Positions 1 through 9,357 of a DNA stretch of 64,000 nt are shown here, piece by piece. Both the position numbers and the translations under genes were made by a program. The notes below the pieces were generated by a model. It worked only from the letters and a program-made list of their open reading frames with translations. It made no database searches and was not told where the DNA came from. The stretch is from Burkholderiales bacterium (GTDB lineage: Bacteria; Pseudomonadota; Gammaproteobacteria; Burkholderiales; JACQAP01): positions 18,947 through 82,946 of the forward strand of contig JBJMWI010000028.1 of the NCBI GenBank assembly GCA_045810225.1. Direction: 5' to 3'. How positions within the stretch are numbered: position 1 is the first letter of the stretch; each line of letters begins with the position of its first letter.

Positions 1-600
1 TTGGTGCAAACAGACATGAAGAAATTGATCGCCTACTCATCAATATCACACATGGGCTTCGTTACGCTGGGTATCTTCCTGTTCAGTCCACTCGGGATGG
101 AAGGTGCAGTCATGCAGATGGTGTCGCATGGATTTGTTTCCGGCGCGCTGTTTCTCTGTGTCGGCGTGCTTTACGATCGCATGCACTCGCGTTTGATTGC
201 GGACTATGGCGGGGTGGCCAACAAGATGCCGGTATTTGCTGCATTCTTTATGTTGTTCGCAATGGCAAACTCGGGCTTGCCGGGCACCAGCGGATTTGTC
301 GGCGAATTCCTGGTTGTCCTTGGAGCGATGCACGCGAACTTCTGGTATGCCGCCATCGCCGCAACGACACTGCTGTTCGGCGCCGCATACACGCTGTGGA
401 TGTACAAACGAGTCATCTTTGGCGTGATTGCGAACGCTCAAGTCAAATCGCTGGTTGACCTAAAAGCCCGCGAAGGGCTGGTACTTGCTCTTGTTGCGCT
501 GGCAATACTGGGCATGGGACTGTATCCGCAAGCGTTCGCCGGCGTGCTGCATTACTCGGTCAATGACCTGCTGGCGCTGGCAATCAAGAGCAAAATTTAG
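1..600 (+). CDS. nuoM: NADH-quinone oxidoreductase subunit M, C-terminal part (5' end outside window)
   Basis: Frame is open from base 1 to TAG at 598-600. Polytopic membrane protein with the complex I antiporter-like block [15 protein letters not shown]. nuoN follows directly. Confidence 0.9.
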   Translation: MVQTDMKKLIAYSSISHMGFVTLGIFLFSPLGMEGAVMQMVSHGFVSGALFLCVGVLYDRMHSRLIADYGGVANKMPVFAAFFMLFAMANSGLPGTSGFVGEFLVVLGAMHANFWYAAIAATTLLFGAAYTLWMYKRVIFGVIANAQVKSLVDLKAREGLVLALVALAILGMGLYPQAFAGVLHYSVNDLLALAIKSKI

Positions 601-601
601 C

Positions 602-2053
602 ATGGCCTACGAAATTCCGGATCTTCTTCTGGCGGCGCCTGAGATATTCATGCTGACGATGGTTTCGATTATCCTCATCGTCGATTTGTTTCTGCCAGAT
701 CGCCGCCGTGTCTGGACGTATATTCTTACCCAGGTCACGCTCGTTGCAGCCGCAGGAATCATTCTTGTTGCTGGCGGCGAAGACGTGGCTTACACGTTCA
801 ACGGCATGTTTGTCGGCGATCCGATGGCGGACGTCCTGAAAATCACGGTGTGCCTGACAGTAGCGGTGATGCTTGCTTATTCGCGCTCCTATGCACAGGT
901 TCGCGGGATGTACAGGGGAGAATTCTTCGTGTTGTCGCTGTTTGCGACGCTGGGCATGATGGTGATGATATCGGCGAATCACTTCCTGGTGCTTTACCTC
1001 GGTTTGGAACTCATGTCGTTGTCGCTTTATGCCATGGTGGCTCTGCCCCGCGATTCCGGCATAAGCACCGAGGCGGCAATGAAATATTTTGTGCTGGGCG
1101 CACTATCATCGGGCATGTTGCTTTACGGCATATCGATGATCTATGGCGCGACTGGTTCACTTGATATTACGGAAGTGGCGCAGCGCATTGCGGACGGGGA
1201 CGCCATTCCAACCATCCTGATCTTTGGCCTGGTCTTCGTTGTCGCAGGCATCGGTTTCAAGCTTGGCGCAGTGCCTTTTCACATGTGGATACCGGATGTC
1301 TATCACGGTGCGCCCACCGCCGTAACGTTGCTGATCGGTACTGCTCCGAAGCTGGCCGCTTTTGCTTTCATTATTCGTCTGCTGGTCCAAGCTCTGGGAC
1401 TTCAGCAATTGCTGGTGGAGTGGCAGCAGATGCTGGTGCTGCTCACCGTGGCCTCGCTGGCGCTCGGCAATATCACCGCAATCGCGCAAACCAACCTCAA
1501 GCGCATGCTGGCTTATTCGACGATTTCGCACATGGGATTTCTATTGCTTGGGATTCTGAGTGGAACGATAGACGGATTCAGCGCCGCAATGTTTTATACG
1601 ATGGTGTACGTGCTCATGGGGTTGGGAACCTTCGGCATGATCTTGTTGTTGTCTCGCGAAGGTTTCGAAGCGGAAAATCTGGAAGACTTCAAAGGCCTGA
1701 ACCAGCGTAATCCCTGGTACGCCTTTGTAATGCTGATGCTGATGTTTTCCATGACGGGCATACCTCCGACGGTGGGTTTCTGGGCGAAACTGTTTGTGCT
1801 GCAGGCGGCCCTGGCTACGGGATACGTTTGGCTGGTGGTGATTGCAGTACTGTTCTCAGTGATCGGGGCGTTCTATTACTTGCGCGTGGTCAAGCTTATG
1901 TATTTCGACGCGCCCACCGACACTCATGCTATCGAAGCCTATGCGGACGTCCGCGCACTAATGTCAGTCAACGGGCTTGCGATCATCGTACTCGGACTGA
2001 CCCCCGGGGCTTTACTCGCGCTATGCCAACGCGCAATTCAGCTATCCCTATGA
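602..2053 (+). CDS. nuoN: NADH-quinone oxidoreductase subunit N
   Basis: ATG at 602 ([16 protein letters not shown]), 2 nt after the nuoM stop. About 14 hydrophobic segments and conserved [15 protein letters not shown] and [10 protein letters not shown] blocks typical of NuoN. The longer ORF from 485 is an upstream read-through. Confidence 0.9.
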   Translation: MAYEIPDLLLAAPEIFMLTMVSIILIVDLFLPDRRRVWTYILTQVTLVAAAGIILVAGGEDVAYTFNGMFVGDPMADVLKITVCLTVAVMLAYSRSYAQVRGMYRGEFFVLSLFATLGMMVMISANHFLVLYLGLELMSLSLYAMVALPRDSGISTEAAMKYFVLGALSSGMLLYGISMIYGATGSLDITEVAQRIADGDAIPTILIFGLVFVVAGIGFKLGAVPFHMWIPDVYHGAPTAVTLLIGTAPKLAAFAFIIRLLVQALGLQQLLVEWQQMLVLLTVASLALGNITAIAQTNLKRMLAYSTISHMGFLLLGILSGTIDGFSAAMFYTMVYVLMGLGTFGMILLLSREGFEAENLEDFKGLNQRNPWYAFVMLMLMFSMTGIPPTVGFWAKLFVLQAALATGYVWLVVIAVLFSVIGAFYYLRVVKLMYFDAPTDTHAIEAYADVRALMSVNGLAIIVLGLTPGALLALCQRAIQLSL

Positions 2054-2598
2054 ATTCAGACTTCACCGAAAAGAAGATCACTTCCCGGGCGGCCTATCGT
2101 GGCAAGCTGCTCAAAGTAAATGAAGACGAGGTGCGTCTGCCAGATGGCGGAACTGCGTTGCGCGAATATGTTCTGCATCCGGGCGCCGCAATCATCCTGC
2201 CGTTATTCGATGATGGCACCGTGCTTTTGGAGCGGCAATTTCGTTACCCACTGGGCAAGCATTTCTATGAGCTGCCGGCGGGAAAGTTAGAGCCAAATGA
2301 GCCGCCGCTTGAAACGGCGAAGCGGGAACTCCTTGAGGAGACCGGGTATGCGGCTGCGGAATGGCGACAGTTGGGCCGATTTCATCCCTGCGTCGGCTAC
2401 TCTGACGAAGTGATCGATTTTTTTCTTGCGCGCAAACTCGAATTCAAAAGCACGAAACTCGATGAAGGCGAATTCCTGGAAACCCTGCGCGTGCCGCTGA
2501 TAGAAGCAATAGAATGGATCCATAGCGGGCGGATCAGCGATACCAAAACTATTCTCGGCTTGTTCTGGGCCGAGAAACTAACCAAGGAAAACTGGTAG
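2050..2598 (+). CDS. NUDIX hydrolase (ADP-ribose pyrophosphatase-like)
   Basis: ATG at 2050 overlaps the nuoN stop (ATGA). Nudix box [23 protein letters not shown] matches GX5EX7REUXEEXGU. Confidence 0.8.
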   Translation: MNSDFTEKKITSRAAYRGKLLKVNEDEVRLPDGGTALREYVLHPGAAIILPLFDDGTVLLERQFRYPLGKHFYELPAGKLEPNEPPLETAKRELLEETGYAAAEWRQLGRFHPCVGYSDEVIDFFLARKLEFKSTKLDEGEFLETLRVPLIEAIEWIHSGRISDTKTILGLFWAEKLTKENW

Positions 2599-2611
2599 AG
2601 CGCGTTTAGTT

Positions 2612-4579
2612 TCAGGCCTGCTTGATCTTGCGCTGTTGAGCTTGTTCCGAGACTGCCGCGGGAAACGGCGTCGGGTGAGCGAACAGAAATCCCTGGCCAT
2701 ACTGGACGCCCATTTCGATCAGGATGGCCATGACAGCCTGATCCTCAACCCATTCCGCAATCACCTGTTTTTTCAGGCCGCGCGCCACATCGCAAAGCGC
2801 ACGCACGAACAGCCGGCTGGCACCATCTGCAGCAAGTTCGCGCACGAAGCTGCCATCGATCTTGAGATAGTCCACTTCGAAACGCTTGAGGAAATAAAAA
2901 GAACTGAACCCTGCGCCGAAATCGTCCAATGCAAAACGGCAGTTCAGGTGTTTCATCTGCGCGATGAATTCCTGTGTTACATCGACACTCGACATTGCTG
3001 CCGTTTCGGTGATCTCGAATACCAGCTGCGAGTGATCTATCGGCGCGGCAGCCAGCATGTTGTGGAAACGTCGCACCCAATGCGGATCGGAAATGCTGGT
3101 GCGCGACAAATTTACAAAATAGCGCGTCTTTTGGCCGCGATACCCCTTCAAGACTTCGATTACTTTGCTAACCACGCGCAAGTCAAGCTCCTGCGCCATT
3201 CCCAGCGACTCCGCAACCTCCAAAAATTCTCCGGGCGGCACTATGCCACCGCTGCGGTCAACTACCCGCATCAGGATTTCATGGTGGATTATTGCTTGAT
3301 CCGCAAGCCGGATCACAGGCTGGGAATAAAGCACGACCCGATTCTCGTCCAGAATCTCTCGTAATTCCCGTGCCCAGTGCACGCGCTTGTGTGTGCTGCG
3401 CAAGTCGTCCGGCTTCTGGTCGTGGAGCCGGACACGGTTGCGGCCGTCGTCCTTCGCCTGATACATCGCGATGTCGACGTTTGCAAGCAGTGCGGCTACG
3501 TCAGAGCCATGGAAAGGGTAGGTCGCTACGCCGACCGAACCGGTAAGCGTCGACAGACAACCCTGCCCCGGGACCGGAAATTTGTAGCGGCGCAATGCCG
3601 AGAGCATGCGCTCACCTACTTTGGCCGCCTCACTGCGTAACGCGTTCGGCAGGTGCATCGCAAACTCATCTCCGCCCAGCCGGAATACCTGGACGCCTTC
3701 GTCTTTGACCAGGTCCTTCAACAGCCCGCCGATAGCGATCAACAATTGATCACCGGTGCGATGGCCAAAATTGTCATTGATATATTTAAAATGGTCGACA
3801 TCGAGCAATGCGACCGAGCCTTTTTCGCCTTCCGCCAAGGCGAATTCCAGGGCTTTTTGCAGCGACACGCGGTTGGGCAGTCCGGTCAGCGCATCATGCG
3901 TGGCCAGGCGCTCAATTTCCAGCGCTGCCCGATGCTGTTCGGTGACATTGCGCGCGGTACCACGCAATCCAACGATTCGGCCCTCGTCGTCATGCGTCAC
4001 GCGGGCGTTGATGCCGACCCAGCGGTCCGAGCCGTCAGTGGAAATCAGGTGTGTGAGGTAGTTCTTGACCTCGCCGCTTCTGCGCAGCGCCGAAAGAAAC
4101 CGACGATTCGATACGTGCTGGGGCCGCGCTTCATAGTCAAAAAAACAGCCACCGAGCAGGTCCTTGGGTCGCAGACCGAACAAATCGACGCAGGCATTGT
4201 TCAGGTACGTGAAGCGGCCCAGCGCATCTGTGGTCCAAATCAGGTCGTGGGAGGTCTCTACCAGATCGCGGTAGCGGGATTCGCTCTCCAGCAACAACTG
4301 GATGATGCGCCGCTTTTCCTTCAAAGTTCGACGCGCAGCGGCCAGTTGATCTTCCATCCGCCCCGTTTCCGGCTTGGCAGAATCGGATTTATCGTTTGCC
4401 GTTACGCTAGTGGAACCGGCCAGTCCATCGATAATTTCGCGCGCATAACGCCGATGGCCGCCATCTGTCCTGCGTGCGACCAACACCCCCTGCGCATCCC
4501 ATCGCCGCAGTTTTTGCAACGGGATGCCGAGGCGCGCAGCCGCTTCCTGAATCGTGTACTCGGAAAGATCCTGCGCCAT
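2612..4579 (-). CDS. HTH (MerR/excisionase-type)-PAS-GGDEF-EAL c-di-GMP turnover protein, RpfR-like core
   Basis: N-terminus YTIQEAAARLGIPLQKLRRWDAQGVLVARRTDGGHRRY is a MerR/HTH_17-type helix-turn-helix. A PAS region follows (LIWTTDALGRFTYLNNA...). GGDEF motif is intact (RLGGDEFAM). EAL domain carries EILMR, EITE, DDFGAGFSS, EWVE and QGFLF motifs. The gene lies 57 bp downstream of the RpfF-like gene on the same strand. Confidence 0.85.
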   Translation of the reverse strand: MAQDLSEYTIQEAAARLGIPLQKLRRWDAQGVLVARRTDGGHRRYAREIIDGLAGSTSVTANDKSDSAKPETGRMEDQLAAARRTLKEKRRIIQLLLESESRYRDLVETSHDLIWTTDALGRFTYLNNACVDLFGLRPKDLLGGCFFDYEARPQHVSNRRFLSALRRSGEVKNYLTHLISTDGSDRWVGINARVTHDDEGRIVGLRGTARNVTEQHRAALEIERLATHDALTGLPNRVSLQKALEFALAEGEKGSVALLDVDHFKYINDNFGHRTGDQLLIAIGGLLKDLVKDEGVQVFRLGGDEFAMHLPNALRSEAAKVGERMLSALRRYKFPVPGQGCLSTLTGSVGVATYPFHGSDVAALLANVDIAMYQAKDDGRNRVRLHDQKPDDLRSTHKRVHWARELREILDENRVVLYSQPVIRLADQAIIHHEILMRVVDRSGGIVPPGEFLEVAESLGMAQELDLRVVSKVIEVLKGYRGQKTRYFVNLSRTSISDPHWVRRFHNMLAAAPIDHSQLVFEITETAAMSSVDVTQEFIAQMKHLNCRFALDDFGAGFSSFYFLKRFEVDYLKIDGSFVRELAADGASRLFVRALCDVARGLKKQVIAEWVEDQAVMAILIEMGVQYGQGFLFAHPTPFPAAVSEQAQQRKIKQA

Positions 4580-4636
4580 ATAGCCTGATGCCGCATTTCG
4601 CCGGTTGATCGGACCGGCGCATGACCCGCCGGAACT

Positions 4637-5593
4637 TCAGTGTAACTGTCGTGCCATGACAATGTCGTGCTGATGCTCGCTCAGCCGTAAGTCGTTCTGG
4701 CGGGACACCAAACGTTGCATGAGCTTGAGATCACGGCTCGTTAAACTCAATGCCGTATCGACCCAAACCTCAACTACAGCCAGCAGTTCCTCGTAGTCCA
4801 ACTTATGGACGCAACGCCTTGCGGCCGCGATACCTGCCAATGCGTTGCGATGGCGGCCGCGGGATTTAATCAAATTGACGACTTCCGCCTCGCCACAGCC
4901 CTGTTCCACAACCAGATCTATTACGCCCTGCGCCAGCATATCATCGGCACTGTACAGTTTGCCACTCGATATCAGTCGCTCGGCTGCCCGCTTGCCGACC
5001 TTGCGCTCCAGAAAAGAATACGCGCCCATGCCCGGAAACAGGTTGAACAGAATTTCCGGAAACCCAAAGCGGGCCTGGCGCTCGGCAACAATCAGGTCTG
5101 AAGAAAGGGCGGCTTCAAAGCCGCCCCCGAGACATTGGCCCTGCACCAGCGAAATGGTCGTAATGGGTAATCCATGCCCCTGATAATTCCGGTAGAGCAC
5201 GTTTACGCATGCTAGGCCATATTCCAGCAAGGCTTGGCGGTCCTGTGCATCAATCAGTCGCGCAAACAGGCACAGATCGCCCCCGAGATTGAATACGCCC
5301 GGGACTCTTGAGCCGAGTACTGCGTACTCTAATGGCAGGTTTTTACCCTTGTGCTGGAAAGTTCCGCCACTGTGGCTCACAAACTGGCAGTATCGGTCGA
5401 GATCCTGAAGCAGGCCGGGATTAAAGTTCGGTCGCGGTCCCGGGTTCCACCGAAGCCACATTGCGTGCTGCTCGGCGTCATAAAAGGCAGACAATTGCTC
5501 GGAGAAGAAATATTCGGTTTTGAGGGCTTCAGCGGAACCTGTGGAGCGGGACGGTGCGGGAAGCAATAGTTCCCGCGGGACATTCATGTCCAT
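4637..5593 (-). CDS. rpfF: DSF-family signal synthase-like crotonase (RpfF-like enoyl-CoA hydratase superfamily)
   Basis: Blocks VFNLGGDLCLF, LVQGQCLGGGFEAALSSDLIVAE, FGFPEILFNLFPGMGAYSFL and VEVWVDTALSL line up with my recollection of Xanthomonas RpfF (VFNLGGDLALF, ALGGGFEAALS, LPEVLFDLFPGMGAYSF, TEIWVDTAMQL). This includes both catalytic Glu positions. SD AGGAGA lies 6 nt upstream of the ATG at 5593. Confidence 0.75.
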   Translation of the reverse strand: MDMNVPRELLLPAPSRSTGSAEALKTEYFFSEQLSAFYDAEQHAMWLRWNPGPRPNFNPGLLQDLDRYCQFVSHSGGTFQHKGKNLPLEYAVLGSRVPGVFNLGGDLCLFARLIDAQDRQALLEYGLACVNVLYRNYQGHGLPITTISLVQGQCLGGGFEAALSSDLIVAERQARFGFPEILFNLFPGMGAYSFLERKVGKRAAERLISSGKLYSADDMLAQGVIDLVVEQGCGEAEVVNLIKSRGRHRNALAGIAAARRCVHKLDYEELLAVVEVWVDTALSLTSRDLKLMQRLVSRQNDLRLSEHQHDIVMARQLH

Positions 5594-5890
5594 TTTAGTT
5601 CTCCTGTTGTTGAGGCAGTGCAGATAACCGCCGCTTCTCGTTTCCCCCGGAAAGGCGGTAATCCAGTGTGGACTTTAGCCCCAAACGCATGTAAAAAGCA
5701 AATCTAACACTATGATAGGTTTAACTTTTTAGTAGTGTAGTCAATGTGTTGGATTAAGTACGGAGCGTAAGGCGACAAAAACAGCGTGAAATCCCCTGTT
5801 TATTCAGTGGGAAGCGTTTCACACAAATGATTCAACTATCAAAAGCAAACTCCGGATTACTAATTCAATAATTTAAAAATTGGAGTGCGA

Positions 5891-8092
5891 ATGTTGTCCT
5901 CGCTGCGCCTGTTGCTTCGCTGTCTTCTACGGGTTCGTGTATTGGGAGACCTGGAGCCGTTTTCCAATGCGGACCGGCTGCTCGTCGTCGCGAATCATCA
6001 TTCACGTCTGGACGCCGTGGTACTGGCGTTGTTCCTGCCCCGTGATCCGATTGTCATCGTGCCTCCCGATGAAGCAGGGTCGACGTTCAGGCGCTGGCTG
6101 CTGGCCAGAATCCGCCATGAGGTCCTGGATTTAAATCATCCGTTAAACATGAAGCGGGTGCTCCGCTTGCTGCGAAGCGGGATTCCGGTGATCCTTTTTC
6201 CGGAAGGGCGCGTGGTTGAAAACGGCGCTGTCATGAAGATCTACCCGGTACCGGCACTGATCGCGATGAAAAGTGGCGCAAGCGTGCTGCCTGTACACGT
6301 CGAAGGTGCTGGGCAATGGTTCAGTCGATCCGCTTCAACATCGCTGTTGGGACGTTGGTTGCCGCGAGTAACGCTGCGGATTTTCTCCGCGATCCGCATC
6401 GATGGCGGCGCGGCCGGCACTGCACGGCGCCGGCGTGCGTTTGCCACCCGCCGGCTTGCTGCAGTCATGCAAACAATGGCCGTTCAGTCGCATGCCTGCA
6501 AGCCACTCTTTGAATGTTTTATCGACGCGGCTTTTGCGCACGGCCGCGGCGCCATGATCATGGAAGATCAGGGCGACAAGTGGTACAGCTACGGAGATAT
6601 CCTGCGCATGAGTCTGGCACTGTCGCGCCTGTTGCGGCGCCATACCGCAGACCGCGAAAACATTGGGGTGCTATTGCCAAACGTGGTGAACGCCGTTGCG
6701 GTGGTAATGGCCTTGTCGGCGGCGAGGCGGGTGCCCGCGATATTTAATTATTCGGCCGGCCCACTGGCCGTTGAATGCGCGCGAGTGGCGGCGGGAATTC
6801 GTACCGTTATCACTTCACGCAAATTCATCGAGCAGGCGCATCTGCATTCCTTGCTGGACGCTTTGCCCGGATGCGCGATTATCTATGTAGAGGATTTGCG
6901 CGCCGAGCTCCGATTTACGGATAAAGTTTGGCTGACAGGTTTTGCCCTGCGCTTTCCTCGGCTCGCCATTACCAAACAATCGACGCTGGACCCGGCGGTT
7001 GTCTTATTTACGTCCGGTTCTGAGGATCGCCCCAAGGGCGTGGCGCTTTCGCATCATGCCGTAGTGGCCAATATCGCTCAGATGCGCGCAGTGTTCGATT
7101 TTTCGCCAAAGGATAAAGTTCTGAATCCGCTGCCGCTATACCACGCCTATAGCTTTACCGCGGGCGTCATGCTGCCACTCATGACGGGCACGCGGGTTAA
7201 TTTATTCATTTCGCCCCTGCGTTATCGCGCCATACCGGAAGTGGCGTATCGCCGCAATTGCACCATTTTGTTCGGGACCAGTACCTTCCTATCGTTTTAC
7301 GCCCGTTACGCCAATCCGATGGATTTCAGCCGCCTGCGGCATGTCATCTCAGGAGGTGAAAAACTTTCGCCCGAAGTTGCCAGACTGTGGATGGAAAAAT
7401 TTGGCGTTCGCATCATGGAAGGCTACGGCTCGACCGAGTGTGCGCCGGTGATTTGTCTCGCCACAACAGCGGCCTTCCGGCGGGGTACGGTTGGCGCTTT
7501 CCTGCCCGGCGTGGAATATCAGATCGAAGCCATGGACGGAGTCGACAAGGGGGGCGTGCTCCATGTGCGGGGTCCGAATTTGATGCTCGGTTATTACCGC
7601 TACCAGAATCCCGGTGTTATTGAACCGCCGAAGTCTCCGCTCGGCGAAGGATGGTACGACACCGGCGATGTGGTGGAAATCGACCATGACGGACTGGTTA
7701 CTATTTCCGGACGCGTAAAACGCTTCGCGAAAATCGCCGGGGAGATGGTGTCCCTTGATATGATCGAGCACGTTGCGCGCGAAGCTTCTCCGGATTTTCA
7801 CCACGCAGCGGTCTTGAACGTGCAGGATTTTGGCGGCGAAACCACCGTGCTCTTTACCACTGATGACCGGCTTACCCGCGGACGACTGCTCGAAGCGGCG
7901 AAACAGCTGGGAACACACGACTTATCCGTGGCCCGCCGGCTGATTCAACTCAAAGAGTTGCCCCTGCTTGCGTCGGGGAAAATAGATTATGTCTCATTGA
8001 AGGCGTTGACTGAGGGGGACGATGTCAAACGTTTGCTTGCGCTGGCCATGGCTCAGCCGGTGGCAGACCACGAAACACCGCGCCCGTCGTGA
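5891..8092 (+). CDS. aas: Bifunctional lysophospholipid acyltransferase / acyl-ACP synthetase (Aas-type)
   Basis: N-terminal acyltransferase HX4D motif (VANHHSRLDAV) and PEGR block. C-terminal AMP-binding domain (FTSGSEDRPKGVALSH, GYGSTE, YDTGD). Same two-domain order and size as E. coli Aas. ATG at 5891 after GGAG; a GTG at 5885 is an alternative start. Confidence 0.8.
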   Translation: MLSSLRLLLRCLLRVRVLGDLEPFSNADRLLVVANHHSRLDAVVLALFLPRDPIVIVPPDEAGSTFRRWLLARIRHEVLDLNHPLNMKRVLRLLRSGIPVILFPEGRVVENGAVMKIYPVPALIAMKSGASVLPVHVEGAGQWFSRSASTSLLGRWLPRVTLRIFSAIRIDGGAAGTARRRRAFATRRLAAVMQTMAVQSHACKPLFECFIDAAFAHGRGAMIMEDQGDKWYSYGDILRMSLALSRLLRRHTADRENIGVLLPNVVNAVAVVMALSAARRVPAIFNYSAGPLAVECARVAAGIRTVITSRKFIEQAHLHSLLDALPGCAIIYVEDLRAELRFTDKVWLTGFALRFPRLAITKQSTLDPAVVLFTSGSEDRPKGVALSHHAVVANIAQMRAVFDFSPKDKVLNPLPLYHAYSFTAGVMLPLMTGTRVNLFISPLRYRAIPEVAYRRNCTILFGTSTFLSFYARYANPMDFSRLRHVISGGEKLSPEVARLWMEKFGVRIMEGYGSTECAPVICLATTAAFRRGTVGAFLPGVEYQIEAMDGVDKGGVLHVRGPNLMLGYYRYQNPGVIEPPKSPLGEGWYDTGDVVEIDHDGLVTISGRVKRFAKIAGEMVSLDMIEHVAREASPDFHHAAVLNVQDFGGETTVLFTTDDRLTRGRLLEAAKQLGTHDLSVARRLIQLKELPLLASGKIDYVSLKALTEGDDVKRLLALAMAQPVADHETPRPS

Positions 8093-8118
8093 CGGACAGT
8101 TTGCACTTTGCGGCGGAC

Positions 8119-9219
8119 CTATTTTTGGTAGCTGATGCGGTACACGGCATTCGCAGTATCGTCTGAAACCAGCAATGCGCCATCGGGCATGACCAGTACA
8201 TCGACCGGGCGGCCCCACGCACGCTCGTTTTCCATCCAGCCGCCTGCGAATTCTTCGTACTTCTCTACGGTTTTGCCATCCCGGTTCAGAGTAACCATCA
8301 TCACCCGATAGCCGCTTTTCTTGCTGCGATTCCAGGAACCGTGCTGCGCAATGAAAATACGGTTGGAATATTCCGGGGGAAACATTGTTCCGGTATAGAA
8401 ACGCAATCCGTTGGGCGCCACATGGCCTCCCTGCTTCAGGGCCGGAGGCTGGAATTCGCTGCACTTGCGCTTGGCGCCGTATTCCGGGTCAGGCGTATCG
8501 CCTTGGTGGCAGTACGGAAAGCCGAAATGCAGGCCTGGCGTGGGCGCGTGGTTGAGTTCGCACGATGGCATGTCGTCGCCCATCATGTCGCGGCCATGTT
8601 CGTTGAACCACATTTCGCGCGTGCGCGGATCCCAATCGAAACCTACGGTGTTACGGATGCCGCGGGCAAAGACCTGAAACTGAGTTCCGTCCGGCTTCAT
8701 GCGGTGTATCGCGGCGTACACGTCCGGGTTTGGTTCACAGATATTGCAAGGTGCGCCGACCGGTACGTAAAGCCAGCCATCAGGTCCGAACGCGATAAAT
8801 TTCCAGCCGTGGTGAGTTTCGCGCGGAAGTTTGTCGAATACCACCACCGGTGCGGGCGGCTTCGCGAGATTGGCTTCGATATTGTCAAAGCGCAGGATCC
8901 GGTTGATTTCCGCGACGTAAAGGGCGCCTTCGCGGAACGCTACGCCGTTGGGCGCGTTTAAGCCCTGCGCGACGGTGATTACTTGGTCTACTTTGCCATC
9001 GCGGTTGGAATCGACCAATGCGTAAACCGTATCGGTGCGGGTGCCAACAAAAACGGTTCCCTTGTCACCAAGCGCCAGCGAACGGGCATTCTCGACCTCG
9101 GCGTACAAGTCAGCCTTGAATCCAGCCGGCAGCCTGATGCGATCGACCGGCGGGGCCGCCCCCGCAGTGCCGGCAAACACTGTCAAAACCAAGAACCAGT
9201 TGGCGAGGCGCGAACCCAT
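8119..9219 (-). CDS. PQQ-dependent sugar dehydrogenase (sorbosone/glucose dehydrogenase GSDH family), secreted
   Basis: ATG at 9219 with SD GGAGAA gives signal peptide MGSRLANWFLVLTVFAGTAGAAP. Beta-propeller style repeats and HGRDMMGDD, HFGFPYCH and HVAPNG blocks are typical of the soluble GSDH family. The ORF extension to 9432 is read-through. Confidence 0.75.
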   Translation of the reverse strand: MGSRLANWFLVLTVFAGTAGAAPPVDRIRLPAGFKADLYAEVENARSLALGDKGTVFVGTRTDTVYALVDSNRDGKVDQVITVAQGLNAPNGVAFREGALYVAEINRILRFDNIEANLAKPPAPVVVFDKLPRETHHGWKFIAFGPDGWLYVPVGAPCNICEPNPDVYAAIHRMKPDGTQFQVFARGIRNTVGFDWDPRTREMWFNEHGRDMMGDDMPSCELNHAPTPGLHFGFPYCHQGDTPDPEYGAKRKCSEFQPPALKQGGHVAPNGLRFYTGTMFPPEYSNRIFIAQHGSWNRSKKSGYRVMMVTLNRDGKTVEKYEEFAGGWMENERAWGRPVDVLVMPDGALLVSDDTANAVYRISYQK

Positions 9220-9293
9220 GGGTTTTTCTCCTTCAAACTGCATTGAGCTTGGCAAGGAGACAGCGTATCCCGCAACGGGGTTCCGGCCGGCAC

Positions 9294-9322
9294 CTTGAAC
9301 GCATAAGATAGCGCCCCTATCT
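9294..9322 (+). promoter_or_regulatory. Candidate sigma32 (RpoH) heat-shock promoter of htpG
   Basis: CTTGAAC (9294-9300), a 13-nt spacer, then CCCCTATCT (9314-9322). This fits the proteobacterial sigma32 consensus CTTGAAA-N13-14-CCCCATNT. It sits about 36 nt upstream of the htpG ATG, with SD AGGAGA at 9345-9350. Confidence 0.55.
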
Positions 9323-9357
9323 GGCCATATTGTTACAAGTCCACAGGAGAGCAAGTT

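Noticed and set aside
5707-5738. Inverted repeat ACACTA-N20-TAGTGT in the rpfF/aas divergent region as a possible operator
   Set aside because: The arms are only 6 bp in an AT-rich stretch, so this is easily chance. It is mentioned only as a place to look if EMSA or footprinting is done.
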